A stretch of 64,000 bases of DNA from an uncultured Chloroflexia bacterium. GTDB taxonomy: Bacteria > Chloroflexota > Limnocylindria > Limnocylindrales > CSP1-4. A program made the position numbers and the translations under genes. The stretch is taken from NCBI GenBank assembly GCA_963748625.1, contig CAVVJT010000004.1:352001-416000 (forward strand), read 5' to 3'. The notes under the pieces are model-generated. The model was not told where the DNA came from, searched no databases, and saw only the letters and a program-made list of their open reading frames with translations. Positions 18,729 through 27,782 of the stretch are shown here, piece after piece (positions within the stretch are counted from its first letter, which is position 1; each line of letters opens with the position of its first letter).

Positions 18729-20401
18729 GCCGGCACCTCCGACGGCTGCTCGAGCTCACAGACGCCGGCCGGGCACCGCTTGTCCACGATGTGGGCGAGG
18801 TACTCGTCCCGGAAGTAGCGCAGCGTGCTGAAGATGGGGTTCGGGGCGCCCTGGCCCAGGCCGCACAGGCTCATCCGCTGGACGACGCCGGCGAGGCGCT
18901 CGAGGTTGGCCAGGTCGATCATGTCGGCCTGCCCCTTGCAGATCTTGTCAAGCAGCATCCAGAGCTGGGTGGTGCCCACCCGGCACGGGACGCACTTGCC
19001 GCACGACTCGTCGCGGCAGAAGTCCTGGAAGTAGCGGGCGACGTCCACCATGCACGACGTGTCGTCCATGATGATCATGCCGCCCGAGCCCATGAACGAC
19101 CCGAGCTGGATCAGTGACTCGTAGCTGACCTCGGTGTCCAGGTGCTCGGCCGGGATGCAGCCGCCCGACGGGCCACCGGTCTGGACAGCCTTGAAGGGCC
19201 GGCCGTCGATGATCCCGCCACCGATGTCGTAGATGATCTCCCGCAGGCTCATGCCCATCGGGACCTCGACAAGGCCGGTGTTCACGATGCGGCCTGCGAG
19301 CGCGAACACCTTGGTGCCCTTGCTCTTGCCGATGCCGATCGCCGCATACCAGTCGGCGCCCTTGCGCAGGATCGTCGGCACGTTGGCGTAGGTCTCGACG
19401 TTGTTGATCAGCGTGGGACAGCCGAACAGGCCTTCGACCGCCGGGTACGGCGGTCGCGGACGCGGGTTGCCGCGCTTGCCCTCGACCGAGGCGATCAGTG
19501 CGGTCTCCTCGCCGCAGACGAACGCGCCCGCACCGAGACGGATCTGGATGTCGAAGTTGAACGACGTGTCAGCGATCCCGGCGCCCAGGAAGCCTGCCCG
19601 CTGGGCCTGGCGGATCGCGTTGCGCAGCCGGGCCACCGCCAGCGGGTACTCCGCACGGCAGTAGATGTAGCCCTCCGTCGCATGGACGGCGAATGCGGCG
19701 ATCGCCATGCCCTCGAGGACGCGGAACGGATCGCTCTCAAGGACCGAGCGGTCCATGAACGCACCCGGGTCGCCCTCGTCGGCGTTGCAGATGACGTACT
19801 TCTGGGTGCCCGCCGCCTTGGCGACGGTCGTCCACTTGAGGCCGGTCGGGTAGCCTGCACCGCCGCGCCCGCGCAGGCCGCTGGTGGTGATCTGCTCGCG
19901 GACCTCGGTGGAGGTCATCTCGGAGAGGACCTTCGTGAGGGCCTCGTACCCGCCGCGGGCGAGATAGTCGTCCAGGCTCTCGGGATCGACGCGGCCCATG
20001 TTCTCGGTGGCCACGCGCAGCTGCTTCTCGAAGAAGGGACCCTGCGGTTTGGGCGTGTCGCCGGGCTTGACACCCTTGAGCGCCTTGACGAGCTTGCCAA
20101 GATCGTCAGGTTTCACCTGCGCGAACTGCTCGCCGGTCTCCGCGATCTCCACGAGCGGACCCGCGGCACACAGGCCGAGGCAGCCGACGCGCTTGACGTT
20201 GACGTCCGCCAGGCCCTGGGCCGCGCAGGCCTCGGCCAGCTTCACGGTGATGTCGTGGGCCTGGGCGCTCATGCACGAGGCGGCCTCGCACACGAGGGCC
20301 GACGCACGCACGGGCGGCGCCTCGGTGCCCTGCGCCAGCTCGCTGAGCACATGGGGAAGGGCGCGCCGGCGGACGGGCCGCGGCGCGGACTGCTCGCTCA
20401 C
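18725..20401 (-). CDS. hoxF: Bidirectional hydrogenase diaphorase flavoprotein subunit (NuoF-like)
   Basis: VGCLGLCAAGP, SGLRGRGGAGYPTGLKW, CNADEGDPGAFMDR, FVCGEETAL, ESCGKCVPCR; GTG 20401 overlaps the hoxE stop. Confidence 0.93.
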   Translation of the reverse strand: MSEQSAPRPVRRRALPHVLSELAQGTEAPPVRASALVCEAASCMSAQAHDITVKLAEACAAQGLADVNVKRVGCLGLCAAGPLVEIAETGEQFAQVKPDDLGKLVKALKGVKPGDTPKPQGPFFEKQLRVATENMGRVDPESLDDYLARGGYEALTKVLSEMTSTEVREQITTSGLRGRGGAGYPTGLKWTTVAKAAGTQKYVICNADEGDPGAFMDRSVLESDPFRVLEGMAIAAFAVHATEGYIYCRAEYPLAVARLRNAIRQAQRAGFLGAGIADTSFNFDIQIRLGAGAFVCGEETALIASVEGKRGNPRPRPPYPAVEGLFGCPTLINNVETYANVPTILRKGADWYAAIGIGKSKGTKVFALAGRIVNTGLVEVPMGMSLREIIYDIGGGIIDGRPFKAVQTGGPSGGCIPAEHLDTEVSYESLIQLGSFMGSGGMIIMDDTSCMVDVARYFQDFCRDESCGKCVPCRVGTTQLWMLLDKICKGQADMIDLANLERLAGVVQRMSLCGLGQGAPNPIFSTLRYFRDEYLAHIVDKRCPAGVCELEQPSEVPA

Positions 20402-20889
20402 ATCGCCTCCAACTGGGCGACCAGCTCGGCCGAGCCGATCTTGCCCTTGACCTCGCCGTCGATGATCACTGCCGGGGCAAGGCTGCAGGCGCCCAGGCAG
20501 CGGGCCGTCAGCAGTGAGACCTTGCCATCCTCGGTGGTCTCCTTCGGCCGGATCCCGAGCTCCCTGTGCAGGCCCTCGAGGATGTCCTTTGCACCGTTGA
20601 TGTAGCACGCCGTGCCTGTGCAGACGACGCACGTGTGCTCACCCTGCGGCTTGAGGGTGAAGAAGGAGTAGAAGGTCGCGACCCCGTAGACGCGGGAATG
20701 CGGCACGCCGAGGGTGTCGCCCACGAAGTTCAGGGCGTCGGTGTCGATGTAGCCGAACGCCTCCTGGGCGGCGTGGAGCGCCTCGATCAAGGCCGCGGGC
20801 CGGTCACCCATGCGGCGCATGCGCGTCTCCACGATCTTCCACCGCTTGTCGTCCGACGGCGGTGCGGGCTTCGCGAACAGGGTCGGCAT
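20398..20889 (-). CDS. hoxE: Bidirectional hydrogenase 2Fe-2S subunit (NuoE-like)
   Basis: LIEALHAAQEAFGY, VYGVATFYSFF, CVVCTGTAC, RCLGACSLAP; GGAGG RBS. Confidence 0.92.
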   Translation of the reverse strand: MPTLFAKPAPPSDDKRWKIVETRMRRMGDRPAALIEALHAAQEAFGYIDTDALNFVGDTLGVPHSRVYGVATFYSFFTLKPQGEHTCVVCTGTACYINGAKDILEGLHRELGIRPKETTEDGKVSLLTARCLGACSLAPAVIIDGEVKGKIGSAELVAQLEAM

Positions 20890-21319
20890 GCATCCCTCCA
20901 GGCCTGGCCAAGGAAGCGCCGGGGGCGCGGGCGCATCGTAGATCGATTCAACCCGCCGGGTACGGGTCACTTCAAACCCTACGACTCGCGCCCCCGGCCC
21001 GCGCATGCCCCTTGTCCCCTCGCCGTGTGACCAGACCCGTGGGAAGACCGGGCCGCGGCCCAGCGGGTCGAGGACCAACGGCCCGCCGCCTCCGGATCGA
21101 AGGTTGTAGGACGGTTTCAGCCGACGATTCGCAGGCAGCCGCTGCTCACGATGGCCGGGTTATGGACCTGGTGCAGCGCCACCCCTGCCGTCCGGCAGGG
21201 CCACACGCCGCCGGACAAGCCGCCGTGGCGTCCATCGGGCCCGCCGATTGGTCCAGTCGGCCGCTTCGCAGGCGATCCGGGGCGCGCAAGATCGGATTGC
21301 CCCTATGTTTGGAGAGAAG

Positions 21320-21997
21320 ATGCAGACCGTCGAGCAGGTGATGACCCATGACGTCATCACGGTCACCCCCGAGACGCCCATCAACGAAGTCGCCCGCCTA
21401 CTCGTCGAGCACGGTGTCAGCGGTCTCCCGGTCGTGGACGCGGAGCGGCATGTCATCGGCGTCGTCTCCGAGGGCGATGTCCTCGTGAAAGAGGCCGGCC
21501 ACCCGACGGCGTCCCGGCGGCCGCTCGCCCGCCTGTTCGGAACCGGCCGCGAGAGTCGCGAGCACCAGACGAAGGTCGATGCCCAGACCGCGGGCGAGGC
21601 CATGACCTCCCCGGCCCTCACGATCGAACCATTCCGTGCCATTCGCGCGGCCGCCGAGATCATGACCACCAGCAGCGTCAACCGGCTGCCCGTGGTCGAC
21701 CCCGAGGGGGTTCTGCTCGGGATCGTCACTCGCGCAGATCTCGTGCGCGCGTTCGTGCGCACCGACAGCGACCTCGTGGAGGCGATCCGCAGCGAAGTGC
21801 TCGTCCGCACGATGTGGCTTGACCCCGACAAGTTCGAGGTCACCGTCGATCACGGTGTGGCGACGGTGAAGGGGTCGGTGCAGAAGCGCTCGACCGCCGA
21901 GATGACGGCCCACTTCGTCGCAATCCTCCCGGGCGTCGTCTCGGCCGAGTCGGAGATCACCTGGACCGAGGATGACGGGGGCGTCACCGTCGCCTAG
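21320..21997 (+). CDS. CBS-pair + BON domain protein
   Basis: VMTHDVITV...VSGLPVVD...IGVVSEGD; second CBS VNRLPVVD...GIVTRADL; BON-like VTVDHGVATVKGSV...PGVVSAES. Confidence 0.88.
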   Translation: MQTVEQVMTHDVITVTPETPINEVARLLVEHGVSGLPVVDAERHVIGVVSEGDVLVKEAGHPTASRRPLARLFGTGRESREHQTKVDAQTAGEAMTSPALTIEPFRAIRAAAEIMTTSSVNRLPVVDPEGVLLGIVTRADLVRAFVRTDSDLVEAIRSEVLVRTMWLDPDKFEVTVDHGVATVKGSVQKRSTAEMTAHFVAILPGVVSAESEITWTEDDGGVTVA

Positions 21998-22038
21998 GCC
22001 GGCACAGTTGGCACCTCGGGCGGCGGCGTCCTTGGCAT

Positions 22039-22114
22039 TGGCGCCCCCGGCAGGAATCGAACCTGCGACCAAGTGCTTAGAAGGCACCTGCTCTATCCGC
22101 TGAGCTACGGGGGC
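22039..22114 (-). tRNA. tRNA-Arg (anticodon TCT)
   Basis: GCCCCCGTAGCTCAGCGGATAGAGCAGGTGCCT-TCT-AAGCACTTGGTCGCAGGTTCGATTCCTGCCGGGGGCGCCA; cloverleaf with encoded CCA. Confidence 0.95.
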
Positions 22115-22290
22115 GTGTGCGCAAGTGTACGCAGGCGCAGTTTGACCACGCCTGAAACCGGCGGCGTGCAGCATCGTGCCGAGGGGTCCGATAGGGCGTT
22201 CGCCTGACCCCGTCCCGGTTGGCCCCGGTGCTATGCTCGCCGCCCTCGCGCGGCAGCCCAAGGCCGTGCGACCCCCGTCGAGCACCGGGA

Positions 22291-23703
22291 ATGCCCGACC
22301 AGACATCACGCACGCGACCGCAGACGCTCGCGGTCGGCCAGCTCGCCCTCGAGCTGCCGGTCACGATGCCCGCCCTGGCCATCGAGCCGGAGTGGAAGGC
22401 GCAACCACGCCTCTGGGGTCCCACGCTGCACCCGATGTGCTCGTATCTCGCGAGCTTCCCGGCCGCCCTCGTCCACGCCTTCATCGCCCGCTACACGCGG
22501 CCCGGCGACGTCGTGCTCGACCCGTTCTCCGGGCGCGGGACGGCCCCGCTCCAGGCCACGGCCGAGGGCCGCATCGGCGTCGGCAACGACCTCAACCCGC
22601 TCGCCCACATCCTCACCGCCGCCAAGCTGGAGCCGGCCCGACCCGCTGAGGCCCGCACCCGCCTGACCGCCCTGCGTCTCGCCTGGGCCGCCGACGCAGC
22701 CGCCTGGACGTCCCTCGCAGAGCGCGTGCAGCGGCCGCACCAAGGGCTGTTCGACATCCTCGTCCCGGCAGCCGGCTCGCAGGCAGGCCCGGCCGATGGC
22801 ACCGACCCCGTCCCGGACGAGGTGGCCATCGCCTTCCATCCCCGCACGCTGGCCCAGCTGCTGCTGGTCCGCTCACACCTGCGACTCGACGATCGCACGG
22901 ACCGGTTCCTCGCGGGCGCGCTCGCGGGCATCCTCCACGGCAAGACGCCGTCCTACCTGTCCACCGTCATGCCCAACACGTTCAGCATGGCGCCCAAGTA
23001 CGTGCGCGACTTCGTGGCCAGCACCGGATTCCTGCCGCCCGAGCGGGATGTGTTCGACCTGCTGGCGGGCAAGCTCGACCGGCTCTACCGCCAGCCCCTG
23101 CCGTCGGCTGCAGGCATCGCGCTCCACGGGGATGCCCGCACGGCGGGCACCCGCTCCCGAGCCGCGCTCCGGGCCCACGGCCTGCCGGACCGGGCCCGCC
23201 TCGTTGTCACCTCCCCGCCGTACCTGCGCGTGCTCAAGTACGGCTACTACAACTGGATGCGGACGTGGCTGCTGGGCTTCGACGCCCGGGCGATTGACGC
23301 GGAGCTCGACGACGCCCACAAGCGCGAGCCCTACCTCGCGTTCCTGCGCGAGGTGCTCGAGGACCTGCGTCCCGCGCTGACCGACGACGGGATCGCGGTG
23401 GTGGTGCTCGGCGAGGTGGAGACCGACCGGGGCAAGCCCTCGAGCGCGGGCATCGGCCTCGCGGAGCGGGTATGGGAGGAGGCCGCGATGCCGGCCGGCT
23501 TCCGGCTCGCAGGGGTCCTCGACGACGACGTTGCGGCCAACCGAAAGATGACCCGGCTCTGGGGCGACGAGGCCGGGAAGGCGACCAAGACCGACCGGGT
23601 GCTCGTGCTCGGCGCCGGCGAGGCGGGCCGGCGGCGGGCGCTCTCGTCGGCCGGGCTGCCGATCGACTGGACCTGGCCGCCCGCGGGCCTGCGCGCCCTC
23701 TAG
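22291..23703 (+). CDS. Site-specific DNA methyltransferase (SPPY, N4-cytosine type), orphan
   Basis: Motif I VLDPFSGRGT and motif IV LVVTSPPY; no neighbouring endonuclease. Confidence 0.82.
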   Translation: MPDQTSRTRPQTLAVGQLALELPVTMPALAIEPEWKAQPRLWGPTLHPMCSYLASFPAALVHAFIARYTRPGDVVLDPFSGRGTAPLQATAEGRIGVGNDLNPLAHILTAAKLEPARPAEARTRLTALRLAWAADAAAWTSLAERVQRPHQGLFDILVPAAGSQAGPADGTDPVPDEVAIAFHPRTLAQLLLVRSHLRLDDRTDRFLAGALAGILHGKTPSYLSTVMPNTFSMAPKYVRDFVASTGFLPPERDVFDLLAGKLDRLYRQPLPSAAGIALHGDARTAGTRSRAALRAHGLPDRARLVVTSPPYLRVLKYGYYNWMRTWLLGFDARAIDAELDDAHKREPYLAFLREVLEDLRPALTDDGIAVVVLGEVETDRGKPSSAGIGLAERVWEEAAMPAGFRLAGVLDDDVAANRKMTRLWGDEAGKATKTDRVLVLGAGEAGRRRALSSAGLPIDWTWPPAGLRAL

Positions 23704-23793
23704 CCTCCGGCGCCCGCAGCCGTCCGACCGACCCGTCTCGGCCCCGCGACCGGCTCTCTCCCGAACGCCGTCCCCGCAGAGTAGGATGCCCGG

Positions 23794-26001
23794 GTGTCTG
23801 CGTACCTGTGCCCCTCCCCCGCCGGGCCCTCCGTGCCCGGCCCCATCCACTCCCTGACTCGCCGCGCGGTCGCCGGGCTCCTGCTCGGAGCGATGCTGCT
23901 GGTGACCGCGGCGCAGCCTGCACTCGCGCTCGAGCCGCCGAACCTGGCGGACCAGGTCACCGACCAGGCTGGCGTCCTCGACCGTGGCGAGGAGGCCGAC
24001 GTCGAGGCCGCCCTCCAGGCGCTCCGCGACGAGCAGAACATCCAGCTGTTCGTCGCCTATGTCGACACCACCGACGGCATGCCCGCCGCGGATTTCGCCG
24101 AGGCCACGGCCGCAGCGAGCTCGCTCGGCGGCAACGACGCACTGCTTCTCGTGGCGATCGACGATCGCTCGGATGCGATGTGGGTGGGGCCGCTGCTGGA
24201 CTCGGTGACGGACACGGAGATCGACACGATCCTTGCGGAGGTCGTGGAGCCGCTGCTTGCGGACGGCGCCTTCGCTGACGCGATGATCGCGGGTGCCGAC
24301 GCCCTCGGCGCGGCAGCGGCCAGCGCCGTCGTGACGCCCACCGCGGCGCCGAACGCGACGCCGAACGCGGGTGCCACCACCGCTCCATCCGGCGGTGGCT
24401 CCGGCTCGGGCAGCGGAGGCGGCATCCCGATCCTGCCCATCCTCGCCGTCATCGTGATCGGCGGCGGCATCCTCCTGGTCGTGCGCTCGCAGATGCAGAA
24501 GCGCAAGCACGCCCAGGCCCAGGCCGCGACAACGGCCGACCTGGGGCGGGACGCCAATCGCCTGCTCCTGGAGACCGACGAGGCCCTCAAGGACGCCGCG
24601 AATGATGTCGAGTTCGCGTCCGCGCAGTGGGGCGAGCCTGAGGTCAAGCCGTACCGGGAAGCGATCGCCAGGGCGGACGCGGAGCTGCGGGCGGCGTTCT
24701 CGATCCGCCAGAAGCTCGATGACGCCGAGCCGGAGTCCCCCGCGGAGCGCGAGCAGCTCCTGCGCGAGATAGTCGCGCGGGCCGGTGGTGCCAAGCAACT
24801 CCTCGACGACCAGGAGGAGCGGTTCGACCAGCTCGGCGACCTCGTTGCCACGGCCCCCGCGCAGCTCGACGCGCTCCCCGCGTCCATCGAGACGCTCCGA
24901 GCCCGCCTGTCCAAGACCGCCTCCACCGCGGATCGCCTGCGGGCGACCTACGCGGCCACCGCGACGGCGTCCGTCGATGGGAACGCCGAGGAGGCCGCGA
25001 AGGCGCTCGACACCGCGGCCGCCGAGGCGGAGCGCGGCAAGGGAATCGTGGTCAGCAAGCCCAACGACGGAGTCATCGCCCTGCGCACCGCCCAGGAGGC
25101 GCTCGCCGCGGCGACCGCCCTGCTCGACGCGGTGGAGCGGCTCGCCACCTCGCTCGACGATGCCGCCGGCCGCCTCCCGGCGGAGCTCGATGCGGCCGCG
25201 CGGGACGTCGCCTCTGCGCGGGCCGCCGTCGACCAGGCAGCTCGTGACGGGACTGCCACGTCCGGCCCGCCGGCAGCGCCCGGTCAGGCCGCCATCCCCA
25301 GCACGGCGGCCCTGGCCGATGCCCTGCGAGCCGCAGAGGTCGCCCTGGGCGATGCCCGACGCAGCGCGGAGGCGCGGCCGCTTGACCCGCTCGCCGCCGT
25401 CCAGAAGGCGATGGCCGCCAACCAGGCAGCCGACGGCGTGGTCGCCGCCGTCCAGTCAGCGCAGCAGCTGCGCCAGCGCCGCGTGCAGAATGCCCAGGCT
25501 GCTGTCGCGAATGCCCAGGGGCACGTGACACGGGCGGTGGACTTCATCACGACACGCCGGCACGGCGTCGGGGGCACTGCGCGCACCCGCGCCGCGGAAG
25601 CCCAACTCCGGCTCGAGGAGGCGCAGGCGCGGCTTGGCGCCGACCCGGAGGCGGCGACGGCCCTCGCAGTCCGTGCAACCCAGCTCGCGGACGAGGCCTA
25701 CAACCTCGCCGCAGGCGAGTTCGACCAGTGGCAGGGAGGCGGGCAGCCGGCCGCCGGAACCCCTGGCCAGGACATCGTTGGGGGCATCCTGGGTGGCGTC
25801 ATCGGCGGCACGATGAGCGGCGGTGGACGCCCGCCGGCGGGCAGCGGCTGGGGCGGCAGCCCGTGGGGCGGGCCCTCGTCGGGCCAGTCCAGGGGCGGCT
25901 TTGGTGGCCGGCCGACCACATCGGGTGGCGGTCGCATCGGTGGGGCCGGCCGGAGCGGTGGTGGCGGCGGTGGCGGGCGCGCCCGAGGCGGCCGCTGGTA
26001 G
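23794..26001 (+). CDS. TPM domain membrane protein with long coiled coil and Gly-rich tail
   Basis: Signal peptide, QVTDQAGVL...IQLFVAYVD...LLLVAIDDR (TPM), TM helix, Ala-rich coiled coil, GG...RARGGRW tail. Confidence 0.85.
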   Translation: MSAYLCPSPAGPSVPGPIHSLTRRAVAGLLLGAMLLVTAAQPALALEPPNLADQVTDQAGVLDRGEEADVEAALQALRDEQNIQLFVAYVDTTDGMPAADFAEATAAASSLGGNDALLLVAIDDRSDAMWVGPLLDSVTDTEIDTILAEVVEPLLADGAFADAMIAGADALGAAAASAVVTPTAAPNATPNAGATTAPSGGGSGSGSGGGIPILPILAVIVIGGGILLVVRSQMQKRKHAQAQAATTADLGRDANRLLLETDEALKDAANDVEFASAQWGEPEVKPYREAIARADAELRAAFSIRQKLDDAEPESPAEREQLLREIVARAGGAKQLLDDQEERFDQLGDLVATAPAQLDALPASIETLRARLSKTASTADRLRATYAATATASVDGNAEEAAKALDTAAAEAERGKGIVVSKPNDGVIALRTAQEALAAATALLDAVERLATSLDDAAGRLPAELDAAARDVASARAAVDQAARDGTATSGPPAAPGQAAIPSTAALADALRAAEVALGDARRSAEARPLDPLAAVQKAMAANQAADGVVAAVQSAQQLRQRRVQNAQAAVANAQGHVTRAVDFITTRRHGVGGTARTRAAEAQLRLEEAQARLGADPEAATALAVRATQLADEAYNLAAGEFDQWQGGGQPAAGTPGQDIVGGILGGVIGGTMSGGGRPPAGSGWGGSPWGGPSSGQSRGGFGGRPTTSGGGRIGGAGRSGGGGGGGRARGGRW

Positions 26002-26099
26002 ATCCCGGCCCCGGCGCGGCAGGGCATCAACGAGGGGGTCGACGGACGGACCGTGCGGCCCGATCATGGCAGGGACGTGCACGTACACCGGAGGACACA

Positions 26100-26819
26100 A
26101 TGGCGCAAAGCTCGATCCTTGGACGCATCGGCCAGCTCGTTCGCGCGAACGTCAACTCGATGCTCGACGAGGCCGAAGACCCCGAGAAGATGCTGGACCA
26201 GCTGATCCGGGACTTCACGAACAACATCGCCGAGGCCGAGGAGGCCGTTGCGCAGACGGTCGGCAACCTGCGGCTGCTCGAGGATGACGCCCGCGAGGCC
26301 CGCGAGGCCTCCGCCGACTGGCTGGGCAAGGCCAAGGCCGCGTCCGACCGCGCCGAGGCGCTCCGGGCCCAGGGGAACACGGCCGAGGCCGCCCGCTTCG
26401 ACGATCTCGCCAAGCTCGCCCTGCGCCGCCAGATCTCGTTCGAGGAGCAGATCAAGACCTTCGACACCCAGATCGCGCAGCAGAGCGAGCTTGTCGACAA
26501 GCTCAAGGACGGCCTCAACAAGCTGCGGATCAAGCGCGAGGAGCTGGTCCAGAAGCGCGACGAGCTCGTCAGCCGCGCGAAGATGGCCCAGGCCCAGATG
26601 CAGGTGCAGCAGACGCTCAAGGAAGTCTCCGTCCTGGACCCGACGTCGGAGCTCAACCGCTTCGAGGAGCGGATCCGCCGCCAGGAGGCCATGGCGCGCG
26701 GCATGGAGGAGGTCGCCGGTTCCTCACTCGAGGACCAGTTCGCCGAGCTCGAGACGGGCACGGACGACCTCGAGGTGGAGGCGCGGCTCGCGGAGCTCAA
26801 GAGCAAGAGCGCCGGCTGA
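26100..26819 (+). CDS. pspA: PspA/IM30 family protein
   Basis: MAQSSILGRIGQLVRANVNSMLDEAEDPEKMLDQLIRD...SSLEDQFAELE...VEARLAELK; GGAGG RBS. Confidence 0.9.
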   Translation: MAQSSILGRIGQLVRANVNSMLDEAEDPEKMLDQLIRDFTNNIAEAEEAVAQTVGNLRLLEDDAREAREASADWLGKAKAASDRAEALRAQGNTAEAARFDDLAKLALRRQISFEEQIKTFDTQIAQQSELVDKLKDGLNKLRIKREELVQKRDELVSRAKMAQAQMQVQQTLKEVSVLDPTSELNRFEERIRRQEAMARGMEEVAGSSLEDQFAELETGTDDLEVEARLAELKSKSAG

Positions 26820-26840
26820 GGTCCACGACACCCGCAAACA

Positions 26841-26873
26841 GGCGAAGGGGTCGCATCATGCGGCCCCTTCGCC
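26841..26873 (+). terminator. Hairpin after pspA
   Basis: GGCGAAGGGGTCGCA-TCA-TGCGGCCCCTTCGCC 15-bp stem, no U tract. Confidence 0.55.
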
Positions 26874-26949
26874 ATGCCTCCGCCCATCCGGATGGACCTG
26901 CGCGGGCGGTCGTCGCGGGTCGGCCGGCTTGGGCTAGCATGGCGATGCG

Positions 26950-27177
26950 ATGAACCAGATGTACCCCCCGTCCGACCTCGCCTCGATGGATCCCCTCGTT
27001 CTGATGAAGAACCTGGACCACGTGCGCATGACCAGCCGCCGCCTGTCGTACATCCTCCAGCAGCAGGTGCACCTCTACACTCCTGAGGCGAACCAGCTGC
27101 GCGAGCAGATCGACCGCTACGTGGAAGCGGAGCGCCAGATCGAGGGCGAGATGGCCCGGCGGCGCATCCGCGCCTGA
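26950..27177 (+). CDS. Small helical hypothetical protein (75 aa)
   Basis: Strong GC3 codon bias, amphipathic helical sequence, TAGCAT -10-like hexamer upstream. Confidence 0.7.
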   Translation: MNQMYPPSDLASMDPLVLMKNLDHVRMTSRRLSYILQQQVHLYTPEANQLREQIDRYVEAERQIEGEMARRRIRA

Positions 27178-27203
27178 CCGCCGCGGACCGGCCCTTGGCC
27201 TCG

Positions 27204-27288
27204 GGCCCCTTGGCTCCTCAGGCCCCCTGGCTCCTCAGGCCCCCTGGCTCCTCAGGCCCCTTGGCTCCTCAGGCCCCCTGGCTGCTCA
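27204..27288. repeat. 17-bp tandem repeat x5 (GGCCCCYTGGCTCCTCA)
   Basis: Units start at 27204, 27221, 27238, 27255 and 27272, with degenerate flanks; no spacers. Confidence 0.9.
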
Positions 27289-27326
27289 GGCCCCTCCCTT
27301 GGCTCCCAGGAGCCTTCCCGAAGGAC

Positions 27327-27653
27327 TCAGGCTGCCGTCGTCACCCGGCAGGCGTCGTCTGCGGGCCGGGGCGTCATCGCCTCCACGGCGACCGCACGGG
27401 CCACCCTGCGAGCAGCCTGCTCCTCGCTCACGATCCGGGCCACGAGCTGGGCAAGGCGCGGCGTCTCGAACAGGCTGAACCCCACGCCGATGTCGGCAAG
27501 TGCATCGTGGCCCATGCCCCGGAACAGGCCCCTCGTCGCGACGGCACACATCTCGTCGTACAGCTCCGGCCAGCCTACGCGACGTCGCTGGTAGCAGAAG
27601 CGGACGAAGGCCTCGGCCTCGGGTGAGGCAGGCACCGTGGCGGCGGACAGCAT
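27327..27653 (-). CDS. Hypothetical protein (108 aa)
   Basis: MLSAATVPASPEAEAFVRFCYQRRRVGWPELYDEMCAVATRGLFRG...; GAGG RBS; protein-like composition. Confidence 0.7.
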   Translation of the reverse strand: MLSAATVPASPEAEAFVRFCYQRRRVGWPELYDEMCAVATRGLFRGMGHDALADIGVGFSLFETPRLAQLVARIVSEEQAARRVARAVAVEAMTPRPADDACRVTTAA

Positions 27654-27688
27654 CGATAGGAATCCTCTCGGGGCATGCACGATCCACC

Positions 27689-27782
27689 AGCGCCACGGAC
27701 GGGTTCGGGTCCGGGCACCGGCAGCGGTGGGTCTGGTGTCTCGCCGGGAGCCCCCCTCCAGGAGCCCTGGGACGTCGGCGCT
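27689..27782 (-). promoter_or_regulatory. Candidate truncated c-di-AMP (ydaO)-like riboswitch leader
   Basis: Minus strand AGCGCCGACGTCC...GGAGGGGGGCTCCC...CCCGAACCCGTC-CGT-GGCGCT, starting just downstream of TAGCAT (-10) at 27789-27794. Confidence 0.4.

Noticed and set aside
27204-27288. CRISPR array
   Set aside because: Repeats are contiguous 17-mers without spacers; no cas genes
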